Positions 39,604 through 50,700 of a stretch of DNA of 64,000 nt are shown piece by piece. Made by a program: the position numbers and the translations under genes. Origin of the DNA: an uncultured Bacilli bacterium (GTDB taxonomy: Bacteria; Bacillota_I; Bacilli_A; RF39; UBA660); NCBI GenBank assembly GCA_934098435.1, contig CAKOOV010000005.1:16750-80749 (forward strand), given 5' to 3'. The notes under the pieces are model-generated. The model ran no database searches, was not told where the DNA came from, and saw nothing but the letters and a program-made list of their open reading frames with translations. The stretch's first letter is position 1. Each line of letters starts with the position of its first letter.

Positions 39604-41142
39604 ATGAAAAAGAAAATGTTATTCTTAATGGCAGCACTTGCTTTTATGGTGTCTTTACCAATTGCTAGTGCTGAAGTATTGGAAGCAAAAGATACTGCTA
39701 CTTTAGTAGAAATGGTTAAAAAGGCTAAGGATGGGGATACTGTTAAGTTAGTTGCTGATATTACTGGTTATGATCAGAAACTTGAAATAAATGGTAACAG
39801 AACTATAACGCTTGATATGAACGGTCATAATATTACATATCTTACTGATTCTAAGTCTTTTATAGGTGTTTATGGTGCTACTTTGATTGTTAAAGGTAGT
39901 GGCGTTATTACTAATGATACCGATTCAGGACTTAATGTATATGGAAAAGAGACAAAAGATGATAGTTTTGCTTCAAAACTTGTTGTGGAAAAAGATGTTA
40001 CTTTAAAAGGTAAATATGGTTTAGCAATATTCTGGGACGTAAAAAATGGTTCTCATGGTGCAAGCGTTGATTTTTATGGTAAGGTTGATGTTACCAACAA
40101 TGGTATTGCTACTAATGGTGATATTTTAAATGAAGATGGTCCAGTTGTTAATATTAAAAAAGGAGCAGTTGTAAAGTCAACTGGTGCTGACGGAGTTGCT
40201 GTTTATTGTGCAGGTAATGGTACTTATAATATTGAAGATGGTGCTACTATTACAGGTGCAACTGGTATTGAAGTAAGAGCAGGTAAATTAAATGTTAAAG
40301 GTGGTACTATTACTGGTGCTGCAAAAGAATTAACATCAAAAGCTAATGGTAGTGGAAGTACTACTGTTGGTGCTGGTATTGCTGTTGTACAACATACTAC
40401 TCAATTACCTATTGAAGTTAATATTACAGGTGGTACTATTACTGGTGCTGAAGCTTTATATGTAAATAATACTCAAGGAAATCCTACTACAGCATGGGCT
40501 AAAGTTAATGTTGATGTAACTGGCGGAACATTTAATACAGATGTTACTAAATTTGTAGGAGATAAATATGTAGTTAACAAAAATGGTAACTCATATGCAG
40601 TAATAGAAAACAAAGTGTTAGAAACTAATGATGAAAAGGTTATTTTTGAAAGTGCAGAAGCTATTAGAAATGATTTAGTTTTAAATGTAACTGAAAAAAG
40701 TGAAGATGAAGTTAAAAAAGGTTCTGAAAAGGTAACTGATGCATATAAGGATAATAAGAAAGTAAAAGATGTTAAACTAATTAGTTTATATGAAATTAAT
40801 GTTTTAAATGGTGATGGTAGAATTGAAGAATTAGAAGATGGTAATTATACAATTTCTATTGCTATTGCTGAAAGTGAACAAAAATTTAATACTTATAAAG
40901 TTGTATATTTTGATGAAGATGGAAAATTAGTTGAGACTTTAGATGCTAAATTAGAAAATGGTAAAGTAGTGTTTACTACTACTCATTTAAGTACTTATGG
41001 TGTTGTTGGATATAATACTGTAGCTTCTGAGAATCCTAAAACTTCTGATATGAATCTAGCTTTAATTCTTGCTTTATTGGGATTCGCTTCAGTTGGTACT
41101 GTATTAATTTCAAGAAGAAAATTAGCTAAGAATAATAAATAA
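39604..41142 (+). CDS. cell-wall-anchored surface protein with beta-helix-like GGTITGA repeats and an NPKTS sorting signal
   Basis: Signal peptide ...PIASA|EV and repeated GGTITGA / G.T.TGA segments. The C-terminal NPKTS (41032-41046) is followed by a hydrophobic stretch and an RRKLAKNNK tail. Confidence 0.7.
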   Translation: MKKKMLFLMAALAFMVSLPIASAEVLEAKDTATLVEMVKKAKDGDTVKLVADITGYDQKLEINGNRTITLDMNGHNITYLTDSKSFIGVYGATLIVKGSGVITNDTDSGLNVYGKETKDDSFASKLVVEKDVTLKGKYGLAIFWDVKNGSHGASVDFYGKVDVTNNGIATNGDILNEDGPVVNIKKGAVVKSTGADGVAVYCAGNGTYNIEDGATITGATGIEVRAGKLNVKGGTITGAAKELTSKANGSGSTTVGAGIAVVQHTTQLPIEVNITGGTITGAEALYVNNTQGNPTTAWAKVNVDVTGGTFNTDVTKFVGDKYVVNKNGNSYAVIENKVLETNDEKVIFESAEAIRNDLVLNVTEKSEDEVKKGSEKVTDAYKDNKKVKDVKLISLYEINVLNGDGRIEELEDGNYTISIAIAESEQKFNTYKVVYFDEDGKLVETLDAKLENGKVVFTTTHLSTYGVVGYNTVASENPKTSDMNLALILALLGFASVGTVLISRRKLAKNNK

Positions 41143-41213
41143 GAATAGTTTGTCTATTCTTTTTTTTCTTTACATTAGATGAAAAATTTAGTACAATTAT
41201 AATAGGTGATAAT

Positions 41214-42239
41214 GTGAAAGATGATAATTATGTACCAAGACATGCTAATAATGATAATGTTATTCATAATTGGAATGAAGATTTTATGAATCAAAATAAT
41301 ATTAATAATAATGGTAATTATACTTCTAATAATATATTAGATAATTTAGATGATATTGATTATTTTAAACGTTATGACTTAGATGATAATAATAATAATA
41401 ATGTAGATAGTGAATTAAATAATAAGAAAAAGAGAAAGAAAAATACTGGTTTTATTTGGAAAGTTTTATTGGTATTATTTATTGTTATTATTATTGGTAG
41501 TTCTCTTAAAATTATTTTATGGTTAATTGATAATAAAAGGACTTCTAATAATATTGATGATATTAGTAGTACTACTGATATTATTTTTAGGGAGGATAAT
41601 GAGAATACGGAGTTAATTAATGAGGATGATGATAAGAATAGTGATTATTGGTATTATATTAAGTTTCCTTTAATTGATGTGGATATTAATAAACTTAAGA
41701 GTAAGAATAGTGATACTGTTGGATGGGTTAATGTTAATAATACAAATATTAATTATCCTTATGTACAAAGAGATGATAATGTTTTTTATTTAGATCATTC
41801 TTATGATAAAAAGTATAATGAGGCTGGATGGGTATTTTTGGATTATCGTAATAATAAGGATTTGTCTGATAGGAATAATATTTTATATGCTCATAGTAGG
41901 TTAGATAAGACGATGTTTGGTTCTCTTAGTAAAACGCTTCATTCTTCTTGGTTTACTAATTTGGATAATCATATTATTAGGATATCTACGGAAAATGATA
42001 ATACTTTATGGCAGATATTTTCGGTATATAAGATTAAAGAAGAGAGTTATTATATTACTACTGATTTTAATAGTGATAATGAATATACTAAGTTTTTAGA
42101 TACTATTAAGAATAGGAGTATTTATAATTTTAATACTAAGGTTACCGCTGAAGATAAGATTCTTACACTTAGTACTTGTTACTCTGATACAGAAAGAACT
42201 GTTGTTCATGCTAAACTTATTAAGAGGAGTAAAAACTAA
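41214..42239 (+). CDS. srtB: class B sortase
   Basis: GWVNV..TNINYPYVQ..DN.FYL, ILYAHS (His) and LTLSTC (Cys) motifs with a downstream Arg. GTG start after an AGGTGA RBS. Long Asn-rich N-terminal region plus a TM. Confidence 0.8.
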   Translation: MKDDNYVPRHANNDNVIHNWNEDFMNQNNINNNGNYTSNNILDNLDDIDYFKRYDLDDNNNNNVDSELNNKKKRKKNTGFIWKVLLVLFIVIIIGSSLKIILWLIDNKRTSNNIDDISSTTDIIFREDNENTELINEDDDKNSDYWYYIKFPLIDVDINKLKSKNSDTVGWVNVNNTNINYPYVQRDDNVFYLDHSYDKKYNEAGWVFLDYRNNKDLSDRNNILYAHSRLDKTMFGSLSKTLHSSWFTNLDNHIIRISTENDNTLWQIFSVYKIKEESYYITTDFNSDNEYTKFLDTIKNRSIYNFNTKVTAEDKILTLSTCYSDTERTVVHAKLIKRSKN

Positions 42240-42305
42240 AAAAATATAAAGAATATATTTAAAATATTCTTTTTTTATGGTATAATTTTCTTCGAGGTGT
42301 GTATT

Positions 42306-42746
42306 ATGAAGGCAAATAGAACAATAACAAGAGAGAAAGCAATGACTGTATTGTATCAAATCTTTTTATATAATAAAAATAATATTAGTTATGAGGCTGA
42401 TGATGTTATTAATGAAATACTAGAGTCTATGGAAATAGAGGATAGAAAAAAAATTGATATTAATTTTTTAAATGATTTAGTTAATGGTGTTATTAATAAT
42501 ATGAGTAATATTGATGAATATATTTCTAAGTATTTATCTAATTGGACTATTGATAGACTTGGACTTACTGATCAGGCTATTATTAGGATATCTGTATATG
42601 AACTTATATATACTGATACTCCTAATTTGGTATGTATTAATGAAGCAATTGAACTTGCTAAGAGATATTCTGATGAAAAGGTAGCTAAAATGATTAATGG
42701 TGTATTAGATAAGATCTATCATGAAATAGAGGATAATTGTGAATAA
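42306..42746 (+). CDS. nusB: transcription antitermination factor NusB
   Basis: REKAMTVLYQ and DRL...D.AI.R...YEL.Y....P..V.INEAIELAK.Y motifs. ATG 42306 follows GAGGTG. Confidence 0.85.
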   Translation: MKANRTITREKAMTVLYQIFLYNKNNISYEADDVINEILESMEIEDRKKIDINFLNDLVNGVINNMSNIDEYISKYLSNWTIDRLGLTDQAIIRISVYELIYTDTPNLVCINEAIELAKRYSDEKVAKMINGVLDKIYHEIEDNCE

Positions 42747-43569
42747 TAGTTATAATATTATTAAATTTGATTCTAACTATGATGATTTAGTTAATAGTGG
42801 TGTGATATCACCACTTAATAGATATAAGTATTCTTTTTATATTAATAGTGATAAATTATTTTTTAAAGAGGATACTGATAGAATGTATTATGAACTTATT
42901 GGGACTGCTATAGGGGATTATTTAAATATTTTACATACTAGTTATAAGTTAACTATGATTGAGACTAGTGATACTAATATTAAGGGAGTAACTTCTAAGG
43001 ACTATAGAGAAGATGGCTATAAACTTATTAAGTTTAGTAATATTTTATTTGGAAAAGATATGACTTTAGATAATATTAGTGAGAGGCTTAATGTTTATTT
43101 TAGTGATTATAAGAATAAAGATGTTATTGTAAAGAATATTTATAATGATGTTATTACTTATTATATGTTAGATTTATTACTTGGTAATATTGATAATGGT
43201 AAATATAATTATGAGTTTATGGTTAATGGTATTGATGGTAAGATGTCTTTATATTCTGATTTTGGAATGATATTTAATTTTAGTAGTACTAAATTAAGGG
43301 TTAATGATTCTTGTACTTCTTCTATATATGATAATTTAAGTGTATTACTTAGTATGAATAATGAATATTTTACTAGATTTTCTTCTATGTATGAAAAACT
43401 TAATCCGAATAGGTTAGAAGAGATTATTAATGATGTAGAAAAGAATAATAAAGTTGATTTTGGAAATAATTTTAAGAATATAATTTTTCTTTCTTATAGT
43501 AGGCATTATGTTATGCTTGGTAATGTTATTAATAATGTTAGAAAAAGTAATTATTTTATTAGGAAATGA
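42739..43569 (+). CDS. hypothetical protein, faint HipA-like/atypical kinase-fold resemblance
   Basis: LDLLLGNIDNGKYNYEF ... LYSDFGMIF resembles the HipA_C pattern l.gN.D.H.kN..f ... aP.yD by eye, but the catalytic-loop His is absent. Confidence 0.45.
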   Translation: MNNSYNIIKFDSNYDDLVNSGVISPLNRYKYSFYINSDKLFFKEDTDRMYYELIGTAIGDYLNILHTSYKLTMIETSDTNIKGVTSKDYREDGYKLIKFSNILFGKDMTLDNISERLNVYFSDYKNKDVIVKNIYNDVITYYMLDLLLGNIDNGKYNYEFMVNGIDGKMSLYSDFGMIFNFSSTKLRVNDSCTSSIYDNLSVLLSMNNEYFTRFSSMYEKLNPNRLEEIINDVEKNNKVDFGNNFKNIIFLSYSRHYVMLGNVINNVRKSNYFIRK

Positions 43570-43579
43570 GGGGTATGTT

Positions 43580-44866
43580 ATGAATAATAATTATATTACT
43601 GTTACTGAAGTTAATAAATATATTAAAGAGATTATTAATGATGACTTACTTCTTAAGAAAGTATATTTAAGGGGAGAAATATCTAATTTTAAAGCTCATT
43701 CTAGGGGACATTATTATTTTACTTTGAAAGATGAAAATTCTAGAATAGCGGCGGTTATGTTTTCTTTTAATAATCGTAATTTGAAATTTGTTCCTTATGA
43801 TGGTATGAAGGTTCTTGTTAGTGGTAAGATTGATGTATATGAGGCTTCTGGTAGTTATCAGATATATGTTGAAGAGATGGCTCCTGATGGCATTGGAGAA
43901 TTATATGTGGCTTTTGAACAACTTAAAGAGAAGTTATCTAAAGAGGGATTATTTGATAAGGATAAGAAGAAAAAGGTTAGAAGGGTACCTAATGTTGTTG
44001 GGATTGTTACTTCTCCTACTGGAGCTGCTATTAGGGATATTCTTACGACTATTAAAAGGAGATATCCGGTATGTAAAACTATTTTGTTTCCGGCTTTAGT
44101 ACAGGGAGATAATGCTGCTTTAGATATTGCTAAGAAAATTAAACTGGCTAATGAGGTAAAAGATATATTTGGTATTGATACTTTGATTGTTGGACGTGGT
44201 GGTGGTTCACTTGAGGATTTATGGCCTTTTAATGAGGAAATTGTAGCAAGAGCTATATATGATAGTGAACTTCCTGTTATATCTGCTGTTGGGCATGAGG
44301 TTGATATTACTATTTCGGATTATGTAGCAGATCTTAGGGCTCCTACACCTACAGCGGCTGCTGAACTTGCTGTACCGGATATTAATACTATTATTACGTA
44401 TTTGGATACTGCTAGGAATAGGGGGTATACGGCTCTTACTAATATTGTTAATTTTAATTATAAGAAATTAGATGCTTTAAAAAATAGTTATATTCTTAGT
44501 AAACCTATGAGTATGTATGAGATTAAAGAACAGAAGTTAGATATACTTATTGACAGTTTAAATAAGGCTATGAATAAGAAATTAGAGAATACTAAAGTTA
44601 AATTATATACATTAGAGAATAGTTATATTCTTAATAATCCTAATATGTTATATAAATATAGTACTCAGAAATTAGAACATATTATATCTAAATTAGAAGT
44701 TCTTAATCCACTTAATACTTTAAGTAGAGGATATGCTATTATTAAAAAAGATGGTAAGGTATTACCTAGTGTTAAAAATATGAAAAAGGATGATGTAGTA
44801 ACTATAACATTAAATGATGGTGAAGTTACTAGTAAAATAATTAAGGTAGGTGAAAAAAATGGCTAA
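43580..44866 (+). CDS. xseA: exodeoxyribonuclease VII large subunit
   Basis: VTEVNKYIKEII......V.L.GEISNFK.HSRGHYYFTLKD motif. ATG 43580 follows GAGGGG (track start 43508 rejected). Confidence 0.93.
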   Translation: MNNNYITVTEVNKYIKEIINDDLLLKKVYLRGEISNFKAHSRGHYYFTLKDENSRIAAVMFSFNNRNLKFVPYDGMKVLVSGKIDVYEASGSYQIYVEEMAPDGIGELYVAFEQLKEKLSKEGLFDKDKKKKVRRVPNVVGIVTSPTGAAIRDILTTIKRRYPVCKTILFPALVQGDNAALDIAKKIKLANEVKDIFGIDTLIVGRGGGSLEDLWPFNEEIVARAIYDSELPVISAVGHEVDITISDYVADLRAPTPTAAAELAVPDINTIITYLDTARNRGYTALTNIVNFNYKKLDALKNSYILSKPMSMYEIKEQKLDILIDSLNKAMNKKLENTKVKLYTLENSYILNNPNMLYKYSTQKLEHIISKLEVLNPLNTLSRGYAIIKKDGKVLPSVKNMKKDDVVTITLNDGEVTSKIIKVGEKNG

Positions 44867-45086
44867 AGAAAAGGAAATGACTTTTGAAGAAAAAATAAAG
44901 TTACTTGAAGAAATAGTTAAAGAACTTGAGGGTGGTGAGGTACCACTAGATGAAGCAATAGAGAAATATACTTCTGCGATGAAACTAGCTAAAGAATGTT
45001 CAGATAAATTAAATGAAGTTAGTGAAAAAGTTAATAAAATAATGCTTGAGAATGGTAAATTAGAAGACTTTACTGTGAGTGAGTAG
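44859..45086 (+). CDS. xseB: exodeoxyribonuclease VII small subunit
   Basis: FEE....LEEIV..LE.GE.PLDEAI..Y..AM.L...C motif. Confidence 0.85.
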   Translation: MAKEKEMTFEEKIKLLEEIVKELEGGEVPLDEAIEKYTSAMKLAKECSDKLNEVSEKVNKIMLENGKLEDFTVSE

Positions 45087-45158
45087 TAATTAATGAAAAG
45101 TAAACAAAATATTTACTTTTCTTTTTCTTTATGAGATAATTATGATGGTGGTATAAAG

Positions 45159-47447
45159 ATGGAATATATAGTATTAATACCTAATTCTATTAAAAAAAAT
45201 ATTATTAAGGAAGTTAGAAATAAATATTATAACTATAATATTAAGTTTTTATCTTTAGAAGAGTTTATTGAGAAATATACTTTTTCTTATAATAATAAAA
45301 CAATATATTATTTAATGCGTGAATATAATCTTAATTTAAGTAGCGCTATGGTATATATTAAGAATTTATATTATATTGATATGAATATTCATAATAAAAA
45401 GATGGATACTCTTATTAATATGAAAAAGTTTTTAGATGATAATAATTTACTTATATATGATAAATATTTTAAAGAGTATGTTAAGAATAAAGAAATATAT
45501 ATATATGGATATGATTATCTTAATAAATATTATCTTAAAGTATTAGAAGGGCTTAATTATAAAGTTATTGATTATGTATATAATGATTATGAAGTTAAGA
45601 ATATTTATGAATTTAATTATATTGATGAAGAAGTTATATTTGTTATTGATAAGATATTAGAATTAATTAGAAATAATATAAAACCAGAGAATATTAAACT
45701 TATTATATCTAAAGAGTATGAAGAGGTTATAGATAGATTATTTAAAATATATAATATTCCTATTAATGTAAAAAAAGGAAGTATTTATAGCGCTAGAAGT
45801 GTTAAAGACTTTTTGAATAATTTAGATGATATTAATAAGGGTTTAGATGATATTAATGATGATGAAATTAGGAATAAGGTTATTTCAGTTCTTAATAATT
45901 ATGCTTTTATAGATAATAAAAAAGAGGCCCTAGAACTTATTATTAATGATTTAAAGAATACTTATTTTGAAGATGGTAATACTTCTGTTAAAATAGCTAG
46001 ATTAGATGATTATTTTACAGATGATGATTATGTTTTCTTACTTGGATTTAATAAAGAGAATATACCTATATTATATAAAGATGATGAGTATTTTAGTGAT
46101 AAAGAAAAAGAAAAAATGGGATATGATAGTAGTAATACTCTTAATATTAATAAGAAAATAGAGGTTATTAAGAAAATTAAGAATATTAAAAATATTATAA
46201 TTAGTTATAAATTATATGATGCTAATAATATTTATACTAGGAGTGACTTATTTAGTGATGTTAATATTATTAAAGATTATAAGCATTTATATACTAATAG
46301 TGATATGATGAATAAAATCTTTTTAGCAGGTATGTTAGATGATTTGGTTAAGTATGATGTTATGAATGATGATATTAATTTACTTATAAGTAATTATCAT
46401 ATTCCTTATATGGAATATGATAATAGTTATCATACTATTGATAAGGATAAATTATATAAATATTTGAATAATAAGCTACTATTATCTTATACTTCACTTA
46501 ATAATTATTATAAATGTAAGTTTAAATATTATCTTAATCATGTTCTTAAGATTAATATTATTCGTGATGATTTTGCTATTTTAGTAGGAGAGGTATGTCA
46601 TTATATTTTATCTTGTATGGATAATGATGATTTTGATATTGATACTTTATTTGATAATTATTTGAAAACGAAAAGGGAATTTTCTAAGAGAGAGATGTTC
46701 TTTCTTAATAGTATTAAAGAAGAAATAGTATTTATAGTGGCTACTATTAGAAAACAAATGACTTATACTACTTTTGATAAAAGTATGAAAGAAAAGTGTG
46801 TATATGTAAATAAGGATAGGAATATTAAAGTTACTTTTAAAGGGGTTATAGATAAAGTTTTATATAAAGAAGAAGATGATATTACTTATTTAGTTGTTAT
46901 TGATTATAAGACTGGTAACGCTGGAATTGATATTAAGAATATGGAGTATGGTCTTGGTATGCAACTTCCAATATATTTATATTTATCTAGTAAGATTGGT
47001 CTTAAAGATGTTAAAGTAGTTGGTTTTTATTTGCAAAAACTTTTTAATACTAGTTTAGATAATAGTAAAGATTATTTAGAAGAGAAGGAAAGTAAGTTAA
47101 AATTAGATGGTTATTCTATAAATAATGAAAATATATTGTCTAAGTTTGATACTACTTATCATGATTCTAAACTTATTAAATCTATGAAAACCACTAATAA
47201 TGGTTTTTATAAATACAGTAAGGTATTAAGTGATGATGAAATGGATGAAATGATATTACTTGCTGATAATATGATTGATAATTCTATAGATGGTATATTA
47301 GATTGTGATTTTGATATTGATCCTAAGGTAATAAATGGTAGTAATGAAAGTTGTAAGTTATGTGAATATAGAGATATCTGCTACCAAAGAGAGAAGGATA
47401 TTGTTTATATTAATAAGGAGGTTAAAGATGATGGAGAAGTACAGTAG
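45159..47447 (+). CDS. addB: helicase-nuclease AddAB subunit AddB (short form)
   Basis: C-terminal PD-(D/E)xK nuclease (VIDYKTG). Four Fe-S Cys are present (VCHY ... C.LC.....C). No Walker A seen. 762 aa. Confidence 0.75.
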   Translation: MEYIVLIPNSIKKNIIKEVRNKYYNYNIKFLSLEEFIEKYTFSYNNKTIYYLMREYNLNLSSAMVYIKNLYYIDMNIHNKKMDTLINMKKFLDDNNLLIYDKYFKEYVKNKEIYIYGYDYLNKYYLKVLEGLNYKVIDYVYNDYEVKNIYEFNYIDEEVIFVIDKILELIRNNIKPENIKLIISKEYEEVIDRLFKIYNIPINVKKGSIYSARSVKDFLNNLDDINKGLDDINDDEIRNKVISVLNNYAFIDNKKEALELIINDLKNTYFEDGNTSVKIARLDDYFTDDDYVFLLGFNKENIPILYKDDEYFSDKEKEKMGYDSSNTLNINKKIEVIKKIKNIKNIIISYKLYDANNIYTRSDLFSDVNIIKDYKHLYTNSDMMNKIFLAGMLDDLVKYDVMNDDINLLISNYHIPYMEYDNSYHTIDKDKLYKYLNNKLLLSYTSLNNYYKCKFKYYLNHVLKINIIRDDFAILVGEVCHYILSCMDNDDFDIDTLFDNYLKTKREFSKREMFFLNSIKEEIVFIVATIRKQMTYTTFDKSMKEKCVYVNKDRNIKVTFKGVIDKVLYKEEDDITYLVVIDYKTGNAGIDIKNMEYGLGMQLPIYLYLSSKIGLKDVKVVGFYLQKLFNTSLDNSKDYLEEKESKLKLDGYSINNENILSKFDTTYHDSKLIKSMKTTNNGFYKYSKVLSDDEMDEMILLADNMIDNSIDGILDCDFDIDPKVINGSNESCKLCEYRDICYQREKDIVYINKEVKDDGEVQ

Positions 47448-47790
47448 TGATTATAGTTATTATGGTAATGTATATAGAAAAAGTGCTGATGGTAATGATA
47501 TATTAGTAGAGGAGAATGCAATGTTAGAGTATTATGATGATTCTTTTAAATTTGCTTTTTTGACTGATGCTATGGATTATATTCTTTCACTTACTTATGA
47601 TAAAGAAGAAGATAATAAAATAGCAGAAGGTGTTTTGAATAGTAAAATGTTTTCTTGTGATAGAAATGCTACTAATAATGGGGAAATTTATGTTGCTCCT
47701 GAATCAATTAGAGTTAATATGAAATATCCTGAATTAAGTGTACTTATTGATAATCTTAATATTCCAAAAAAAGGTAAAGGTAAGAAGTGA
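47428..47790 (+). CDS. hypothetical acidic protein (120 aa) between addB and addA
   Basis: AAGGAGG RBS 6 nt upstream of ATG 47428. Overlaps the addB end by 20 nt and stops 4 nt before the addA start. Confidence 0.5.
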   Translation: MMEKYSSDYSYYGNVYRKSADGNDILVEENAMLEYYDDSFKFAFLTDAMDYILSLTYDKEEDNKIAEGVLNSKMFSCDRNATNNGEIYVAPESIRVNMKYPELSVLIDNLNIPKKGKGKK

Positions 47791-47794
47791 TATT

Positions 47795-50700
47795 ATGGCA
47801 TGGACTAATGAACAAAAACAGGCTATTTATACTGAGGGAACTAATATTATAGTTTCTGCTGGAGCGGGAAGTGGTAAAACGGCTGTATTAACTGAAAGGG
47901 TATTAGAAAAAGTAAAAAAAGGTATATCAGTGGATAATCTTCTTATTTTAACTTTTACTAAAATGGCCGCTAAAGAGATGAAAGAAAGAATAGGAGATAA
48001 GTTAAAAAAAGAAGGACTTACTAGTGAACTTGCTAAATTAGATACAGCGGATATTACTACTTTTGATGCTTATGCTTTATCAGTTGTAAAGAAATATCAT
48101 TATTGTTTAAATGTTAGTAGGGATATTAATATTATAGATAATTCTGTTATTACTTTATATAAAAGAAAGATACTTAAAGATATATTTGAAGAGTTATACG
48201 AAGAAAATAATCATGAATTTATTGATTTTATACAGGAATATTGTATTAAAGATGATAAAGATATATTTGAATTTATACTTAATATTAATAGTAAACTTGA
48301 TTTAAAGACTAATAAAAGAGAATATTTAGATAATTATATTAATACAGTATATGATGAAGTAAAGATTGATAATGATATTGATAATTATATTAAAGTAATA
48401 CTTAAACTTATTTCTAATATTAATGATTATCTAGAATATATAGATGATGATGATTATTTAGCAAAATTATATGATGTTATATCTCCTTTATTAAGTGCTA
48501 AAAGCTATGATGATATTAAAAGTAATATTTCTATTAAACTACCTATTCTTAGAGGTGCTAGTGATATTACTCGTGAATATAGAGATAAAATTAAGAGTAC
48601 TATAGATGAAATTAAAAAACTTGCTACTTATGATAGTTATGATGAAATAAAAAGGGGTATACTTAGTACTAAAAAAAATGTAAAAGTTATTATTGATATT
48701 ATTAGGGAATTAGATGATATTGTTTATAATTATAAAGTTAAATATAATTCTTATGAATATTCAGATATTTCTGCTTTAGCTATTAAGTTAGTAAGAGATA
48801 ATAAAGAGATTAGAGAAGAAATTAAAAATAATTTGAATGAGATATTAATTGATGAATATCAGGATACTAATGATGTTCAAGAAGAATTTATATCTTATAT
48901 ATCTAATAATAATGTTTATATGGTTGGAGATATTAAGCAATCTATATATAGGTTTAGAAATGCTAATCCATATATTTTTAAGAATAAGTATGATTCTTAT
49001 AGTAATAATAATGGTGGTTTAAAAATTGATTTGAATAAGAATTTTAGAAGTAGAGAAGAAGTCATTAATAATATTAATTTGCTTTTTGATAGGATTATGG
49101 ATAATGATATAGGGGGAGCTGATTATTCTTTATCTCATAGAATGTTATATGGTAATCTTATGTATAAGGGTGATGGTGATAATAAAGAAGATAATAACTT
49201 CTCAGTATATAATTATCTTAATGATACTAATTTTAAAAATAATGAAGTAGAGGCATTTATTATTGCTAATGATATTAAATATAAAATTAATAGTGGTTAT
49301 AGAGCTTTTGGCAAGGATACTAATGGGGTTAGAAAAATTAAGTATAGTGATTTTGCTATTTTACTTGATAGTAGTAAATCGTTTGAGTTATATAAAAAAA
49401 TATTAGAATATAATGGTATTCCTACTTCTATTATTAAGTCTGTTAATTTAACTGATGGTGAAGTTATATTAATTATTAAAAATATTATTAGTTTTATTAT
49501 TAAGATTAAAGATAATAAAATAGATAGTGAATTTAAAAGGTTATTTATGTCTATTGGAAGAAGTTTTTTATTTAATATTGATGATAATATTTTATTTGAT
49601 TATTTTTTAGATAATAATTTTAAGAATAGTGATATATATACATATAGTTATGAGATTACTAAGAAGATAGATGTTATTTCTTTGGAGGAGGTTATTGATC
49701 TTGTCATAGATAGATTTGATTTTTATAATAAATTATTTTTACTTGGGGATTATAATGCTAATATTTTAAGAATACAAAAGTTAAAAGAGATTACTAGTAG
49801 TTTGGTTAATCTTGATTATGATATTTATGATTATCAAAAATATTTAGATGATATTATTAGTAATAATTTAAAAATTGAATATAACGTTAATGATAATAGT
49901 ACTGATACGGTTAAAATTATGACTATTCATGCTTCTAAGGGACTTGAATTTGGGGTCTGCTACTACGGGGAATTATATAATAGATTTAATAATAGTGATG
50001 CTATAAGTAAGTATTCATATGATAATAAATATGGTATTATTCTTCCTTATAAAGATAAATTCTTATATAATACTATTTATCATAATCTTAGTTATAGAGA
50101 TTATGTAATGGAAAATATTAGTGAAAGAATAAGACTTTTTTATGTAGCTTTAACTAGAGCTAAAGAGAAGATGATATTTATTTTGCCTAGTAATACTAAA
50201 GATAATGATAAGTGTATTAGTAATATTATTGATAATAGTATTAGAAGTAAATATAATAGTTTTGCTAGTATTATGTATTCTTTAGAGAGTATTACTAAAG
50301 ATTATTATACGAATATTGATATTAATGATATTAATTTATCTAAAGATTATAATATGATTTCTAATGATAATTATATGAAACATTTGAATTTAATAGATGA
50401 TAAAATAGTAATTAATAATATTTATGTTCCTAGTAGTATTAAAGAGAATAAGACCTTTTCAAAAAAAGATATTCATATTATTACTAAAGAGGAAGAAGAT
50501 AAACTTCTTTATGGTAGATTGGTACATGAATTATTTGAATGTACTGACTTTAATAATTTAGATAATTTATCAGATAGTAATAAAAAAATTATTAATAATT
50601 TCTTAGAGAAGATTGATATAAATGGGGCTAATATTTATAAGGAATATGAGTTTATCTATGAAGAAGATAATACTACATATCATGGTATTATTGATTTAAT

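Noticed and set aside
43508-43579. N-terminal extensions suggested by the ORF track (xseA 43508; likewise 47738 for addA, 47335 for the small ORF, 9767 for rnr, 3849 for proS, 32127 through the T-box).
   Set aside because: The extensions are hydrophobic or low-complexity, overlap upstream genes or RNA elements, and lack RBSs. Internal ATGs with good Shine-Dalgarno spacing coincide with the conserved protein N-termini.
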